From: Bdellovibrionales bacterium
GTDB lineage: Bacteria > Bdellovibrionota > Bdellovibrionia > Bdellovibrionales > UBA1609
NCBI GenBank assembly: GCA_965261545.1
Contig: CBDHDF010000010.1
Coordinates: 192,001 to 256,000, forward strand
Reading direction: 5' to 3'
DNA: 64,000 nt
Shown: positions 18,764 to 28,841 of the stretch, piece after piece
How positions within the stretch are numbered: position 1 is the first letter of the stretch
Layout: each line of letters starts with the position of its first letter
The notes under the pieces: generated by a model
The model's database searches: none
Seen by the model: only the letters and a program-made list of their open reading frames with translations
Told to the model about the DNA's origin: nothing
Translations under genes and position numbers: made by a program

Positions 18764-20251
18764 TTAGAATCCTCCCTGGTCAGAGTTCGGATCAGAAGAA
18801 CAGAGAATGCCGTCAGAGCAGTCAAATAGCTGCCTCTGAGAACGCTTAGAATTGATCCTATTGGCTTCATTGCCCAAAGTCCTCTCTGTGCTCTGGCCTT
18901 GATAAAGACGCCCCTCCTTGGTGATCTGAGAGATGACAGCGTTGAGTGGGGTGTTTTGGACCTCTTGAAGTTGCAAGGTGGCATCCACGGAGTCTTTGAG
19001 TTTTTTTCTCTTCTCGTTGATTTCCTTTTTTCTTGGGGCGGGAAGATTGGGGTTTTGCTCCAAAATATTGAGCATATCCAGTGAACGGTTCATTTCATGG
19101 GAGAACTTGGTCAAAGCAATGGAGGAGGCAAGTTTGCGACAATAGGAACCTCTTTTGATAAATGGGAGGTAGGACAGGTACCTGAGTGTTTGCTTATCAA
19201 TGTAGGTTTCGCCCTTGTGGCCACCGATGTCTTTAAGGGCTTTTGTATCAATCAGGCGGTCAAGGCTTATGCGGTGGCGCCGTGAGCTATGGTTATTCTT
19301 ATCAATCTTTTTCAAAAGTCCACGGCACAGTTTCTCATAGGTATCCTTTTCAAGTTCATAAAGCCTTGTCCTAGGAGTGATAGCCCTACGCCTTGGCCCA
19401 TATTCCACGGAAATGCGACCTTGACCGACAACAGTGTCCCCCACAAGGGCTTTGATAAGCTCGACAGTGCGTCTTGCTTCTTTTGAATTGAAACCAGCCC
19501 ACTTGGCTGAAGACTCAATGAGTTTGTTCTCGTTGGCTTTGAGTCCAAAGCGGCTTCCAGCCCAGTTCGCTAAGTCCACAGAGTAGTCTGAACCTGAACG
19601 GCACTCCTTCATGGCCTGTTCCATATTTCCTCCATTTTTTTGAATGGCCCTGTGGACACATCCTTGCCGCTCTTGCTTAAAATCTTCGGTTCGTTGATCG
19701 ACATATTTGTCAATCAAGGCACATTGATCGAGCCTCATTTGTGAAAGAAAGTTGGCGTTGACTCTTGTGTGCTTGAGGATGGAACACCATGTGGGGCTGA
19801 AGTAGCAAGTAAGTAACATGGGGCTTGCTGCCATGATGTTGTTTCCCAGAGACTCAAAGTATTTGGAGTCCAAAAAGTTTTTTAAAGCTCCCTGGAGAGT
19901 GTTTTTAAAGTCAATTCTCCCACAGTCGGCGTCTATACCGAGCTTAAATCCAAGGTCCACCGTTTGGTAATTATCAAAGATATAATCACTTTCTGGGCTG
20001 CGTTCTTTAAACAGGTAGTCCGTTGAGGACATTTCAGAGTTATGCCTGTAGTTAAAGTTCTTAGCCCTTTGAGCCGCGACAGCCATTGCAGACAAAGCTG
20101 ATAAAAATAATAAGGCTGGTAGGACTGATGAAAATAAGAATAATGAGACTGATAGGGTGGGTGGGGATAAAAACACCAAGAGGATAGATCTCATTGTTTT
20201 CCATATTCTCATTGTTCTCAACTTCATTGCTTTTAACTTTATTGTTCTCAA
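18764..20251 (-). CDS. TraH-like / ICE periplasmic Cys-rich conjugation protein
   Basis: Signal-peptide-like N-terminus, DCGRIDF motif, multiple Cys; lies directly upstream of the traG-like gene. Confidence 0.55.
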   Translation of the reverse strand: MRTIKLKAMKLRTMRIWKTMRSILLVFLSPPTLSVSLFLFSSVLPALLFLSALSAMAVAAQRAKNFNYRHNSEMSSTDYLFKERSPESDYIFDNYQTVDLGFKLGIDADCGRIDFKNTLQGALKNFLDSKYFESLGNNIMAASPMLLTCYFSPTWCSILKHTRVNANFLSQMRLDQCALIDKYVDQRTEDFKQERQGCVHRAIQKNGGNMEQAMKECRSGSDYSVDLANWAGSRFGLKANENKLIESSAKWAGFNSKEARRTVELIKALVGDTVVGQGRISVEYGPRRRAITPRTRLYELEKDTYEKLCRGLLKKIDKNNHSSRRHRISLDRLIDTKALKDIGGHKGETYIDKQTLRYLSYLPFIKRGSYCRKLASSIALTKFSHEMNRSLDMLNILEQNPNLPAPRKKEINEKRKKLKDSVDATLQLQEVQNTPLNAVISQITKEGRLYQGQSTERTLGNEANRINSKRSQRQLFDCSDGILCSSDPNSDQGGF

Positions 20252-20263
20252 TTTTCTCTCCTT

Positions 20264-20707
20264 TTATGATTGTTTTCCTTTATGATTTATGAACTCCCTA
20301 GAATAAAAACTTTCCTTTATGGGAATCGGTATAGGCACCAATGGAAGCCGTATTTTCTGACTCCATTCCTTCTTTCCGGCAATCTCCAGAACTAAAACAA
20401 GTAAGACATAAATGGAGACCATTTGCCCTAGGAGCAGGATAAAATCTAAGAATTCTATGGGAGCCAAGGGAACCAAGAAGATGCTCATATATGTCAACAT
20501 TTCTCTTAAAGAAAACAGAGGAAGAAATGTGGTGGCAATGTCATAATCACTCTTCTTGAGACCTGCAAAGTGGATATGAAAAAGAAGCAAGACGCAGTAA
20601 ATGGGAGAACCAATGAGCAAATACCCAATGAGTAAGATATACCTTTCCGCATTTTCTCCCATGGAATGATGGATTGATTTTATAAAATTTCTGTACTCTT
20701 GAGTCAT
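20264..20707 (-). CDS. Hypothetical membrane protein in the tra operon
   Basis: 147 aa, about 3 hydrophobic segments, AGGAGG RBS. Confidence 0.6.
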   Translation of the reverse strand: MTQEYRNFIKSIHHSMGENAERYILLIGYLLIGSPIYCVLLLFHIHFAGLKKSDYDIATTFLPLFSLREMLTYMSIFLVPLAPIEFLDFILLLGQMVSIYVLLVLVLEIAGKKEWSQKIRLPLVPIPIPIKESFYSREFINHKGKQS

Positions 20708-20753
20708 ATTGACCTCCTATCTATTTAGGTTGTGTTATCGTTTGTTGGTTTTC

Positions 20754-23420
20754 CTATTTCTCTTGGGTTTTATTGTTTTTCTTGGAATGATGAGTGGTTA
20801 AGTACAAAAGGGCTTCCCAAGGCTTGCCGTCAAATTTTTTGATGGCATCCTCAAAGGTTTTCAAATCGGCTCGATTGGTGGGGGCAAGCCACCGGTCGTA
20901 GGGGGTTTGGTAATATCGAAAGACCCCTTGTTTGGACTTGTCCTTGTTCATGTAGAAGATTTCGGTAAACTGCCCTTTTTTGACCTTGAGAGATTTGACA
21001 ATTTCAGAATTGGCTTCATCAAAGAGATTTGACTTTTGAAGCAGGTAGTCCACGTTGTCGGGACTCATTTTGAGCATAATAAAATTATCAGCCACCGACC
21101 ACATAGCTTGACCAGCTTCAAGCTCGAAATAGTTTTGGGGTCTAGGTGTCAGTCCAATAAGCCAGAATCCAAGCTTTCTGAAGGTTTCAGCCGCATCAAT
21201 AATAAAGTTTTTGGCCACGGGATTGTTGCGACCGAGCATCCCCAATTCTTCGATAACAATAAAGCCACCACGCTCTCGATGCTCTGGCCTTTGTATCGTT
21301 TGACGTATTTCTTCAATCACACTCATTGTCATCAGAGTTTGAAGAGTTTCGTCCTTAAGGGCATCCAAGTCATAGACAAAAAGAAGTTCTGAAGACTTGT
21401 CTTTTTGAGCCACCCCCTGGAAATACTTGGAATAAGTCCCATCTCCATAAAAAGGGTTGAGTTTGACAAGAACTCTTTCAATCTCCTCTTTCATCTTTTC
21501 AAACTCTAGTTCAGATGTGAGGCTTGCCATGGCTGTTACAAAGTCATCCATTGTGACTTCCACTTCTTCTTGGCTTTCTTCGCTAACAAGTTTTCCATCC
21601 ATATAAGAAAGGCCAGACTCCTTGGATTTTTTAAGATAAGCCAGCTTCAATGCCCTAGAGATGCTGGTAATATGCTCACTTTCAATCTCAAACTTCGGGG
21701 AGGTCAGCTTAATGGCTGTGGTGAGGAGATGAGTGAGGAAATTCACTTTGGCATCATCAAAAGCTCCACGAAAGGGGGAGAAGGGCATTTCTTCCTGGGG
21801 GTCAAAGACTGTCAGTTCCCCATGAAAGGGGCCTATGACTCCCTTGTAACTGGATTTCTTATCAATGACGAAAACAAGAGGTTCTGGGTCAAGTCGCTTT
21901 GCAGACTGGATGCAATCAATGACAAAGGCTGACTTTCCGCTCCCACTATCAGCTAAAACCACGGTATGGTTTGAAGTTTCATTTTCAAGGAGATTGAAGT
22001 TTATAAGGTTCTTCTCTCTTGAAAGATAGGTTTGCAGTGAGTGGGATAAGCCCTTGAAAGAATCAAAAAGTGGCAAAAACATGACCGCATCATTTTGCAA
22101 AATGCGAATGTATCTCTGAGTTGAGTAATCCGCTTCTGGAGAGTAGTTTAAGGGAAGGGAGTTCAGGGCTAGGCCCAAGCCAATTTCTTCCTCCACAATC
22201 ACCTCGCACTCAAGGTCATTGTGAAAGATGTTGATGAGTTCTCGTGTGCGTTGGTCTAGAATTTCTTCCGTTTCTCCCTCAAGAATGATGCAAAAAGTGA
22301 GATAAAGGCATTTTTCACCCACAGCCAAGCGGTCTTGGGCTTCTTTAATTTCTGCTCTTTGAACCTTGGCACTTCGTGAAACATTGTTTTCAAGAAAAAA
22401 TTCTTTAATATCAAAGAATTTTTTGACTTTTCCCTTGGATGGAAAGCTAAAATTTAGGGACATTTTAAAAGGAAAGTCCAACTTGGTGAAATAGGCCATG
22501 CCTCCAGCGTAGGCAAACTGTGGACTTGTTTTTAGTGTTATGGTTCTTGTTTTGACTCCCTCTCTTTCGATTCCTCTATAGTCAAGAGTGGGACTGTTGT
22601 AAATCAACTGGTCAGAAAGGGAAAGGTGTTTATTGAATCTTGCAAACTCTCTTTTGTAAAACTCCTTGGGATTAAAGAATTGGCGAGCATGGGTTAAGAA
22701 CTCTTGAGCATCAAGGGTTTTGAGTTTTATTTTTGAGTTTTCAATATATTGCTTCATCATTTGGGAAAACAGTTTGATCTGTTTAACAAATTCACTCATT
22801 TCATCGAAAAGTATTCTCTCCCCTCGGTCCAGTGATCTTTTCCATTCTGCTGTGGCTGATTTTGGAGGGAAAAACCGAATGGACAAGAGGACTTTTCTCT
22901 TCAAAGGAGCCAGCTCATTGGTTGAATTGCATTGGTTTTGAATCATCTTGACCTTTTCTTTGTAAAGGATTTTTGAGACAGGGTGTGGGTACTTGTACTC
23001 ACTGAGAAGCGTCTTCCAAACCTTGTCCTTTTGAGAAATATAAGACTGGTCAAAGAGAACTTGGAGGACACAGTTTTCAGGCAAAGCAAATAGTGATTTG
23101 AAGGACTCAACAGATGAAATGATATTTTTGATGGTCATGGGCTCATGTTCTAAAAGCTCGGCTTCGAGGATGGCGCCAAGGCTTCCATCCTTATTGACGA
23201 AGGTTCTAAACTCATCAATGTACTCGCTATATGGAAGCCATTGACTGAGAGAATCCGAGCGTTTGAACAGGGCTTCTGTCAACTGGAAGCGGTTGCTCAA
23301 TGGTGCACTCAATGTTTGATGAATGGGTTTTAAAGTATCATTTAATTTCAATACAGACCTCCTCGATCTTCTCAATGATTTTCTGGTAAAGGCCATTTGG
23401 CTTTTTCTTGGCTTCCTCAA
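20754..23420 (-). CDS. traC: VirB4/TraC-family T4SS ATPase
   Basis: WLPYSEY N-terminus, Walker A ADSGSGKS, VFVIDKK, Walker B IVIEE, ETFRKLG. Confidence 0.9.
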   Translation of the reverse strand: MRKPRKSQMAFTRKSLRRSRRSVLKLNDTLKPIHQTLSAPLSNRFQLTEALFKRSDSLSQWLPYSEYIDEFRTFVNKDGSLGAILEAELLEHEPMTIKNIISSVESFKSLFALPENCVLQVLFDQSYISQKDKVWKTLLSEYKYPHPVSKILYKEKVKMIQNQCNSTNELAPLKRKVLLSIRFFPPKSATAEWKRSLDRGERILFDEMSEFVKQIKLFSQMMKQYIENSKIKLKTLDAQEFLTHARQFFNPKEFYKREFARFNKHLSLSDQLIYNSPTLDYRGIEREGVKTRTITLKTSPQFAYAGGMAYFTKLDFPFKMSLNFSFPSKGKVKKFFDIKEFFLENNVSRSAKVQRAEIKEAQDRLAVGEKCLYLTFCIILEGETEEILDQRTRELINIFHNDLECEVIVEEEIGLGLALNSLPLNYSPEADYSTQRYIRILQNDAVMFLPLFDSFKGLSHSLQTYLSREKNLINFNLLENETSNHTVVLADSGSGKSAFVIDCIQSAKRLDPEPLVFVIDKKSSYKGVIGPFHGELTVFDPQEEMPFSPFRGAFDDAKVNFLTHLLTTAIKLTSPKFEIESEHITSISRALKLAYLKKSKESGLSYMDGKLVSEESQEEVEVTMDDFVTAMASLTSELEFEKMKEEIERVLVKLNPFYGDGTYSKYFQGVAQKDKSSELLFVYDLDALKDETLQTLMTMSVIEEIRQTIQRPEHRERGGFIVIEELGMLGRNNPVAKNFIIDAAETFRKLGFWLIGLTPRPQNYFELEAGQAMWSVADNFIMLKMSPDNVDYLLQKSNLFDEANSEIVKSLKVKKGQFTEIFYMNKDKSKQGVFRYYQTPYDRWLAPTNRADLKTFEDAIKKFDGKPWEALLYLTTHHSKKNNKTQEK

Positions 23421-23443
23421 TGATTTTCTGCAAGGCCATTTGG
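23372..23443. repeat. Imperfect direct repeat of about 28 bp at the traC 5' end
   Basis: TCAATGATTTTCTGGTAAAGGCCATTTGGC and TCAATGATTTTCTGCAAGGCCATTTGGC. Confidence 0.7.
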
Positions 23444-23462
23444 CCTTCTCAGTTTGGTCTTC

Positions 23463-23753
23463 TCAATTAAAGTGATGTTCAGGCAAAGACCATTTGGTCT
23501 CTTCAATTAAAAGGTAAATCCATGCTCCACCAAAATAATCACCCGTGGGCATCTCATGGGCGTGAAGCCAAGCCTTTTTGATCTTTCCCCTGGTTCTTGA
23601 GACCCTTTTTTCCCTTTTGGGCTGGGCATTAAGGGAATAACCAGCCCTTTTTTCAAGAATCCCAGAAGTTTTTGTGTGGGCACAGCCTCCAAGGCTAATC
23701 AATAATGCGAGTAAGATATGAAAATACTTTTTCATGGCGATTTCTCCTTTCAT
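23463..23753 (-). CDS. TraV-like T4SS lipoprotein
   Basis: Lipobox LGGC, short length, KAWLHAHEMPTGDY...W motif; sits between traB and traC. Confidence 0.7.
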   Translation of the reverse strand: MKGEIAMKKYFHILLALLISLGGCAHTKTSGILEKRAGYSLNAQPKREKRVSRTRGKIKKAWLHAHEMPTGDYFGGAWIYLLIEETKWSLPEHHFN

Positions 23754-25058
23754 TTTTCATAAAGAAATTGTTGGGCAATAAGACTTTTTCCTGCATAACG
23801 ATCCACACATCCTGGCCTGAATGCACAGCTAAGGTGGGGATAAGAGAGGTGGCTTGTTTCAAGTACCAATCACTCACCTTGGCGGCGGCTCCTTGGGCAC
23901 CATTTTGCACAATGGTATTGGCGGAGTCTGGATTTGAACCCCCGATGTTTTGAGATCTGCGACTGATAATGTCCCCAACTCCATCCACTACAGATTTGAG
24001 GAAGGCCATTTGGGCCACACGACTTTGTTTGGAGTTCAGTTTGGCTTTAACGGCAAAGGTATTGTCTGAATCATCCGCAATAAAGCCATTCACCTTTCTT
24101 TCAAAGAATTTTCCTTTTTTGGAAACACATGAAAGGCGAGTGGCCTGAAAGTTAATTCGTTCGGTGGCCATGGATGGGGAACTCTTGGCAATCATGAAGC
24201 AGCCAGATAGGTCCACTTTGTGCTTGTTGGGTCCAATATAGGAATAATCGAGAGCCAGAAGCACAGGGTAGGTTTTCCCCTCTGGGGCATCGACACCGGT
24301 CATCAGCTTGGCTTTGACATAGCTTCCTGTGGGCAAAGTGACTCCTTCTTCCACTCGCTGATATTTTACAGGAAAGGAGATAACTCTGGGGCCTTTAGAG
24401 CTTTTGAAGTTTCCATGGTGGCGACGAGGCTTTCCTCTTGTTTGGAATATATGACTCCTGGGTGTGGGAGGACCGCCAAGGGAGAGTCGATTGTTCCCAA
24501 GGGGCAACTGATGGCTTCCTAGCAAGCCACTTCCACTTCCAACATGAATCCTCACAGGCTCGTCTTTGTGTGGCCCCATTTTCAGAACTCTTGTTTTTTC
24601 TGGCTCTGTCATTTTTTCTGAAGCTTGGGCATTTGAAGCCTGGGCATCAATTTTTTTCTTTTCAAGTAGAAGCTTTGGGTCTTCGTTTGTAGCACTCGTT
24701 TGTGGTCGTGGTGCTATAACTTTGCTTCCATCTGTTTTTCAAGTTCCCGGATCCTCGCTTCAAGAGCCTGACTTTCAGCCATGATCTTCTTGGCGGTTTT
24801 ACTCAATTGCACCTCCTTGTTCTTGAGGTAAGATGAGGTTTGGGAACCGAAAATTCGACCCTCTTTAAAAACTGGTCTCTGGTGATCTCGGTAAATCACT
24901 TTCTTTGTCTCTGACATTTTGCTTGTGATATAGATAAGGCTCAGGCCAAGAAAAAGAAATAATCCCACTTTTGTCTTTGGATAAGCCAACAAAGACTTCT
25001 TTGCCGAACTGTATTGCCTTAAGGAGTGTTTAAAGAAATTCTTCACTAGTAGATTCAT
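23695..25058 (-). CDS. traB: TraB/VirB10-family core-complex protein, apparent frameshift near 24720
   Basis: N-terminal TM and coiled coil (24714-25058); C-terminal LPTGSYVKAKLMTGVDA, DLSGCF, ERINF...RLSCV. One extra A joins the two ORFs. Confidence 0.85.
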
Positions 25059-25939
25059 ATTTGCCTTCCTTTCTTTGCATGTTTATTTTCTTCATATTGA
25101 TTTTTTTCATGCTTAACAAAAGTTGGGATCATGAGGTCATTCACTGAAGCCGTTGGTTTGGCAACAATCTTTAAAAAAGTGCTACAAGTACTCCTTTTTG
25201 TTGGACATAACACCTCATGGTCAACAAGTGACATAATGGCCAAAGACGATCCTTTGAACTTCAGTTGATCTACCTCCACTTTAAACTTCGCTGTCTTACA
25301 AACATTGCTGAGCCTAACAACAAAGCCCTTGTATTCCTTCCCTGTATAAGTGCGGGTGAGTCTTGTTTTGATGCATCGAGGTCCCATGACCCGGAGGGGC
25401 GTGGTGAACAAGAGTCTGTTTTCTACCCTGCGCTTGTATCCCACAATATTGTCATCCCTATCCATGGACCTCATAAAGTCCATGACAGTGATCGCTGGTA
25501 GGTTTTTCTCTGACTTCTTAAGTAACATGCTCTTCGGGCGCAAATCATAAAAAGGTTCCGAAGAGTGTTTGGAATCGCTAGAGTTGTTTGTGCTTTTCAC
25601 AATTTTGATTTTTAGAGTCACCACGCTCCCATCACTGAGAACAAAGGCCACCTTTGAGGTGCCCTTCGTAAAACGGGGACGAATGGAAAGCATGGAGTAG
25701 TCGGGGTCATTGGAATCGGCAGGCTTAATCTCAAATCTTTGGGCTTGAGAAATAGTTCGTACCTGTTTATGAAACCTGAAAATGGTCTCTTTGGAGATAC
25801 GGACAAGCTCTGGTCTTGAGCCATAGTAAATTTCTCTCGCCTGAGATGTGAGGGAAAAGAGAAGCAAGGCAAGAAAAACAAATACGACCAATAAAATATA
25901 TAAGGTGATAAATAAGACATTGCATAAATATTTATTCAT
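25055..25939 (-). CDS. TraK-like secreted T4SS protein
   Basis: Signal peptide (SQA), beta-rich sequence, position between traE and traB (traLEKB synteny). Confidence 0.6.
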   Translation of the reverse strand: MNKYLCNVLFITLYILLVVFVFLALLLFSLTSQAREIYYGSRPELVRISKETIFRFHKQVRTISQAQRFEIKPADSNDPDYSMLSIRPRFTKGTSKVAFVLSDGSVVTLKIKIVKSTNNSSDSKHSSEPFYDLRPKSMLLKKSEKNLPAITVMDFMRSMDRDDNIVGYKRRVENRLLFTTPLRVMGPRCIKTRLTRTYTGKEYKGFVVRLSNVCKTAKFKVEVDQLKFKGSSLAIMSLVDHEVLCPTKRSTCSTFLKIVAKPTASVNDLMIPTFVKHEKNQYEENKHAKKGRQI

Positions 25940-25941
25940 GG

Positions 25942-26673
25942 TTACCTCTTTCCTTGGGGGTTATTGGTGATTTCTTTTCCTCTAAAGGAGTTGGCTTCTG
26001 TACGAGTGAGGGAGGTGATTTGCAAGAACCACTTTTTACCCTGCTTGGGGGGAATCAGCTTTAAGACCATTTCAATAACCTCATCAGTTCTTCCCATGTA
26101 CTCATTGTTGGCGTAACGCTCCCTTGTCGTGATGGCAACCACCTTGTAATGACCTCGCTCATTGGATACTATCTCCTTGTCTGTCACCTTTAAGACTTCA
26201 GAAATATTCTCCATTTTCACCATCTCAGCCCACTCTGATATTTCCATATCAAAGCGAACCTTAAGGTCGTGGGACATATAACCGGAGAGTTCCGTGTATT
26301 GCCCATCAATGTTGACGGGGTTGATATTCCCAAGGATTCTTAAAAAGGACATGACAGCGTTTTCCACATAACCATCGGTGACAGTTTGAGGAGAGGCTGG
26401 TGTGAAGTCCACAACTCCTGGGGCCAAGATATACTCCTTTTCTCTAAGCTTTGAATGAAGGTTTCCGATTTCATATCTGGTCACAACAAAGTAAACACCC
26501 AAGACCCCAATGAGCAGAAGAATGATATTTTGCAATAAAATCTTCTCCTTTAATAAAGCGGCCTTAAAGCATAAATACTTGGGCAAGACCTTAAGGTTCA
26601 CCCCATCATAGGAGCCCGCAGGTGGCGAACTCACTTGAGAGGCTTGGATGCCTTTTTCCATAGCTCCTACCAT
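25942..26673 (-). CDS. TraE/VirB8-like protein
   Basis: Single TM followed by YILAPG...DGYVENAVMSFLRILGNINP. Start placed at 26673 to avoid overlapping the upstream ORF. Confidence 0.7.
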   Translation of the reverse strand: MVGAMEKGIQASQVSSPPAGSYDGVNLKVLPKYLCFKAALLKEKILLQNIILLLIGVLGVYFVVTRYEIGNLHSKLREKEYILAPGVVDFTPASPQTVTDGYVENAVMSFLRILGNINPVNIDGQYTELSGYMSHDLKVRFDMEISEWAEMVKMENISEVLKVTDKEIVSNERGHYKVVAITTRERYANNEYMGRTDEVIEMVLKLIPPKQGKKWFLQITSLTRTEANSFRGKEITNNPQGKR

Positions 26674-26674
26674 A

Positions 26675-26971
26675 CTACTTACCACTTCCTGACACTTCTT
26701 TTTTGCTGCCTTGAGCTTTGTAAGGACTTTCGTTTTCAATGATGGTACGAATGTAATTGGTCGGGAAAATGCATGTCTTAATGACTTGAACAACAAATGA
26801 TTTTCCATCCTTAGACTTAAAAGCCTTGACTTCTTCAATGGGTCTTCTTGCATAAAATCCTCCATCTTTCTTTTTGGAAATTATTTGTTTGTTGGTATTG
26901 GCTTGCTTGCTGGCAGTTGTCTGGTTATTGGTAATCATTTTATTCTTATTTTCTTTATTTTTATGAGTCAT
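26675..26971 (-). CDS. Small hypothetical protein between traL and traE
   Basis: AGGAG RBS before ATG 26971; ends immediately before the traE start. Confidence 0.55.
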   Translation of the reverse strand: MTHKNKENKNKMITNNQTTASKQANTNKQIISKKKDGGFYARRPIEEVKAFKSKDGKSFVVQVIKTCIFPTNYIRTIIENESPYKAQGSKKEVSGSGK

Positions 26972-26982
26972 TGTGATCTCCT

Positions 26983-27030
26983 GGTTACGGTTACGGTTAC
27001 GGTTACGGTTACGGTTACGGTTATGGTTAG
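26983..27030. repeat. Hexanucleotide tandem repeat (GGTTAC)6 plus 2 degenerate units
   Basis: GGTTACGGTTACGGTTACGGTTACGGTTACGGTTACGGTTATGGTTAG. Confidence 0.95.
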
Positions 27031-27047
27031 ATGTTTATATTAAATGC

Positions 27048-27359
27048 TTAATCAGAGTATTTTTTCTTTCCTTTCGGGTTCATAAGAGCTGGTAGGCTCA
27101 TGTTCCATCGACTGTAAGGCCAATGAAGGAAGATGCCTTTGTGATTCCTTCGTTTTATTACCGGTCCTATTCCCAAAAACAGTAATAATAGGATGAACAT
27201 AGTCCACCATGAATAAAAGATGACCCCAAATATCAAGATGATAAAGAGGGCTATAAAGACATCACTTAACTCCCAAAAGTCGAACACAGTGATGGGTGAG
27301 TCGATGGATTGAGCCACCTTTCTCCCATGTCTTGCTTTAATCAATGCATAATCGTACAT
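27048..27359 (-). CDS. TraL/VirB3-like membrane protein
   Basis: IDSPITVFDFWELSD, two TM segments, KGIFLHWPY; follows the pilin gene. Confidence 0.7.
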   Translation of the reverse strand: MYDYALIKARHGRKVAQSIDSPITVFDFWELSDVFIALFIILIFGVIFYSWWTMFILLLLFLGIGPVIKRRNHKGIFLHWPYSRWNMSLPALMNPKGKKKYSD

Positions 27360-27379
27360 AATGAAACCTCCTTTCTGGT

Positions 27380-27772
27380 TTAGTTAAAAATCCCATTTCC
27401 TCCACCAATGGAGAAAATATTTTCTACCCAAACGGGGGCAGTTCCGAGAATAATGGCAGCAATGATGCAAACAATGGCAACTCCAAACCTTTGCTCCTTG
27501 AGGTTATACCCTGCTGATAGGATACTAATTCCTGAAAACAGCCTTGCCCCCCACTTAAAAAGGGCTGTATCGACAATTCTTAGGACTGTGCCAGCGGCTT
27601 CCAGTTGGTCCGAGGCGTCTGTTCCCGGAATCCGAGGGCCTGCATAGGCCATAGAAACCATTGTCAATAAAAGCAGTAGTAGTAGTAGTAAAAGATTTCG
27701 ATGTGTTGGGTCTTTGCCAAAGAAATTGGCTGGAGTTGTTTGACACATATATTTTGCAAACATGACATCCAT
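27380..27772 (-). CDS. Conjugative pilin (TrbC/VirB2/TraA-like)
   Basis: Leader ending AYA followed by two hydrophobic helices. Likely start is ATG 27772 (GGAG RBS). Confidence 0.7.
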   Translation of the reverse strand: MDVMFAKYMCQTTPANFFGKDPTHRNLLLLLLLLLLTMVSMAYAGPRIPGTDASDQLEAAGTVLRIVDTALFKWGARLFSGISILSAGYNLKEQRFGVAIVCIIAAIILGTAPVWVENIFSIGGGNGIFN

Positions 27773-27981
27773 AGTTTTTTCTCCTTGTTCTTGGTTGGAT
27801 TTCTCACCATCATTATTATGAATGAGATGAGGGGTGGGGTTAGGGGTGAAATTAGAAATGAGTTCCAAATTATGAGTAGAATTGGAATTATAAGGAGAAC
27901 TCATATTATAGGAATTTTTAAAGCCTTTTGAGTTATGACCCTTGTGTTTTGTTTTAAACATTGTCTGGCAAACAGGATAAA

Positions 27982-28841
27982 TCATAGTTTTTCTCCTTTT
28001 TCTAGTAGGGCAATCATTGAATGGACACCTTGGAAACCAATAATGGCTGGGTAAAGGACTTTCTTTTTTAAATCCGCAACAAGTGTAAAGGGTACAGATT
28101 CAATCTTGTGCTTTTTTATCTCATCTCTTGTGGCTTTTTGTATGGGAAGTGGAAAAGAGTTTTTCTTAAAATCTCTGTCATCCACCTGTCGAGCCTCAAC
28201 ATAGATTCCACGATTTTGTAATTTTAGGAGAGTCTTAAACATTCGTTTGCATGAGGGACATTTAGAATCAAAATACATTCTGACCCTGTATCTTGAGGGA
28301 TCAAATGATATTTTTGGACTTTGGATTTTTTTCTGAAGAACTTGGCGAGCTTCAGGGGTGTATTTTGAGTTTTTACTCAAATACTCTTTGATCCTCTGTT
28401 GAAGTCGCTTATTGAGGGAGCTTTTCACCTTGTTGTAGGCCATCCAATTTCTGATATTCTCATCCGTTGGGTTGCGGGCAAGCTCTATAAAAGGCTCTGG
28501 AGGTTTGTAGCTACCCTCTTTGAAGAACTCATCATTTTGAGGGTTGAGGTACTTTTCCCAGTCAAATGGCTTTGATGTTTTCTTCGTTTCTTTGTTTTTC
28601 TGAGTCTCTTTGTATTCTTTGACTTCTGTCTCTTCTTTGTCTTTTTTATTTTGGAACTCGTTGGTGGTCGTAGTTCCTAGTTCTTTTTTCTCGTTTTACC
28701 CCAGTAATCAATACCATCAGGGAAATATTTTATTTCTTGGTTATTGGTTTGAGGTGAAATATTGCGACTTGCCTGGATTGAGGTAAGGCAAGAAAGAAAC
28801 AATAGATTGAAAATAAGCAATCGTTTGATAGGGTTATTCAC
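27982..28841 (-). CDS. Secreted thioredoxin-fold conjugation protein (TrbC/TraF/TrbB-like), apparent frameshift near 28685
   Basis: C-terminal YFDSKCPSC and IESVP. The upstream frame gives a signal peptide and ELARNPTDENIRNW when one A is added to an A6 run. Confidence 0.65.
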
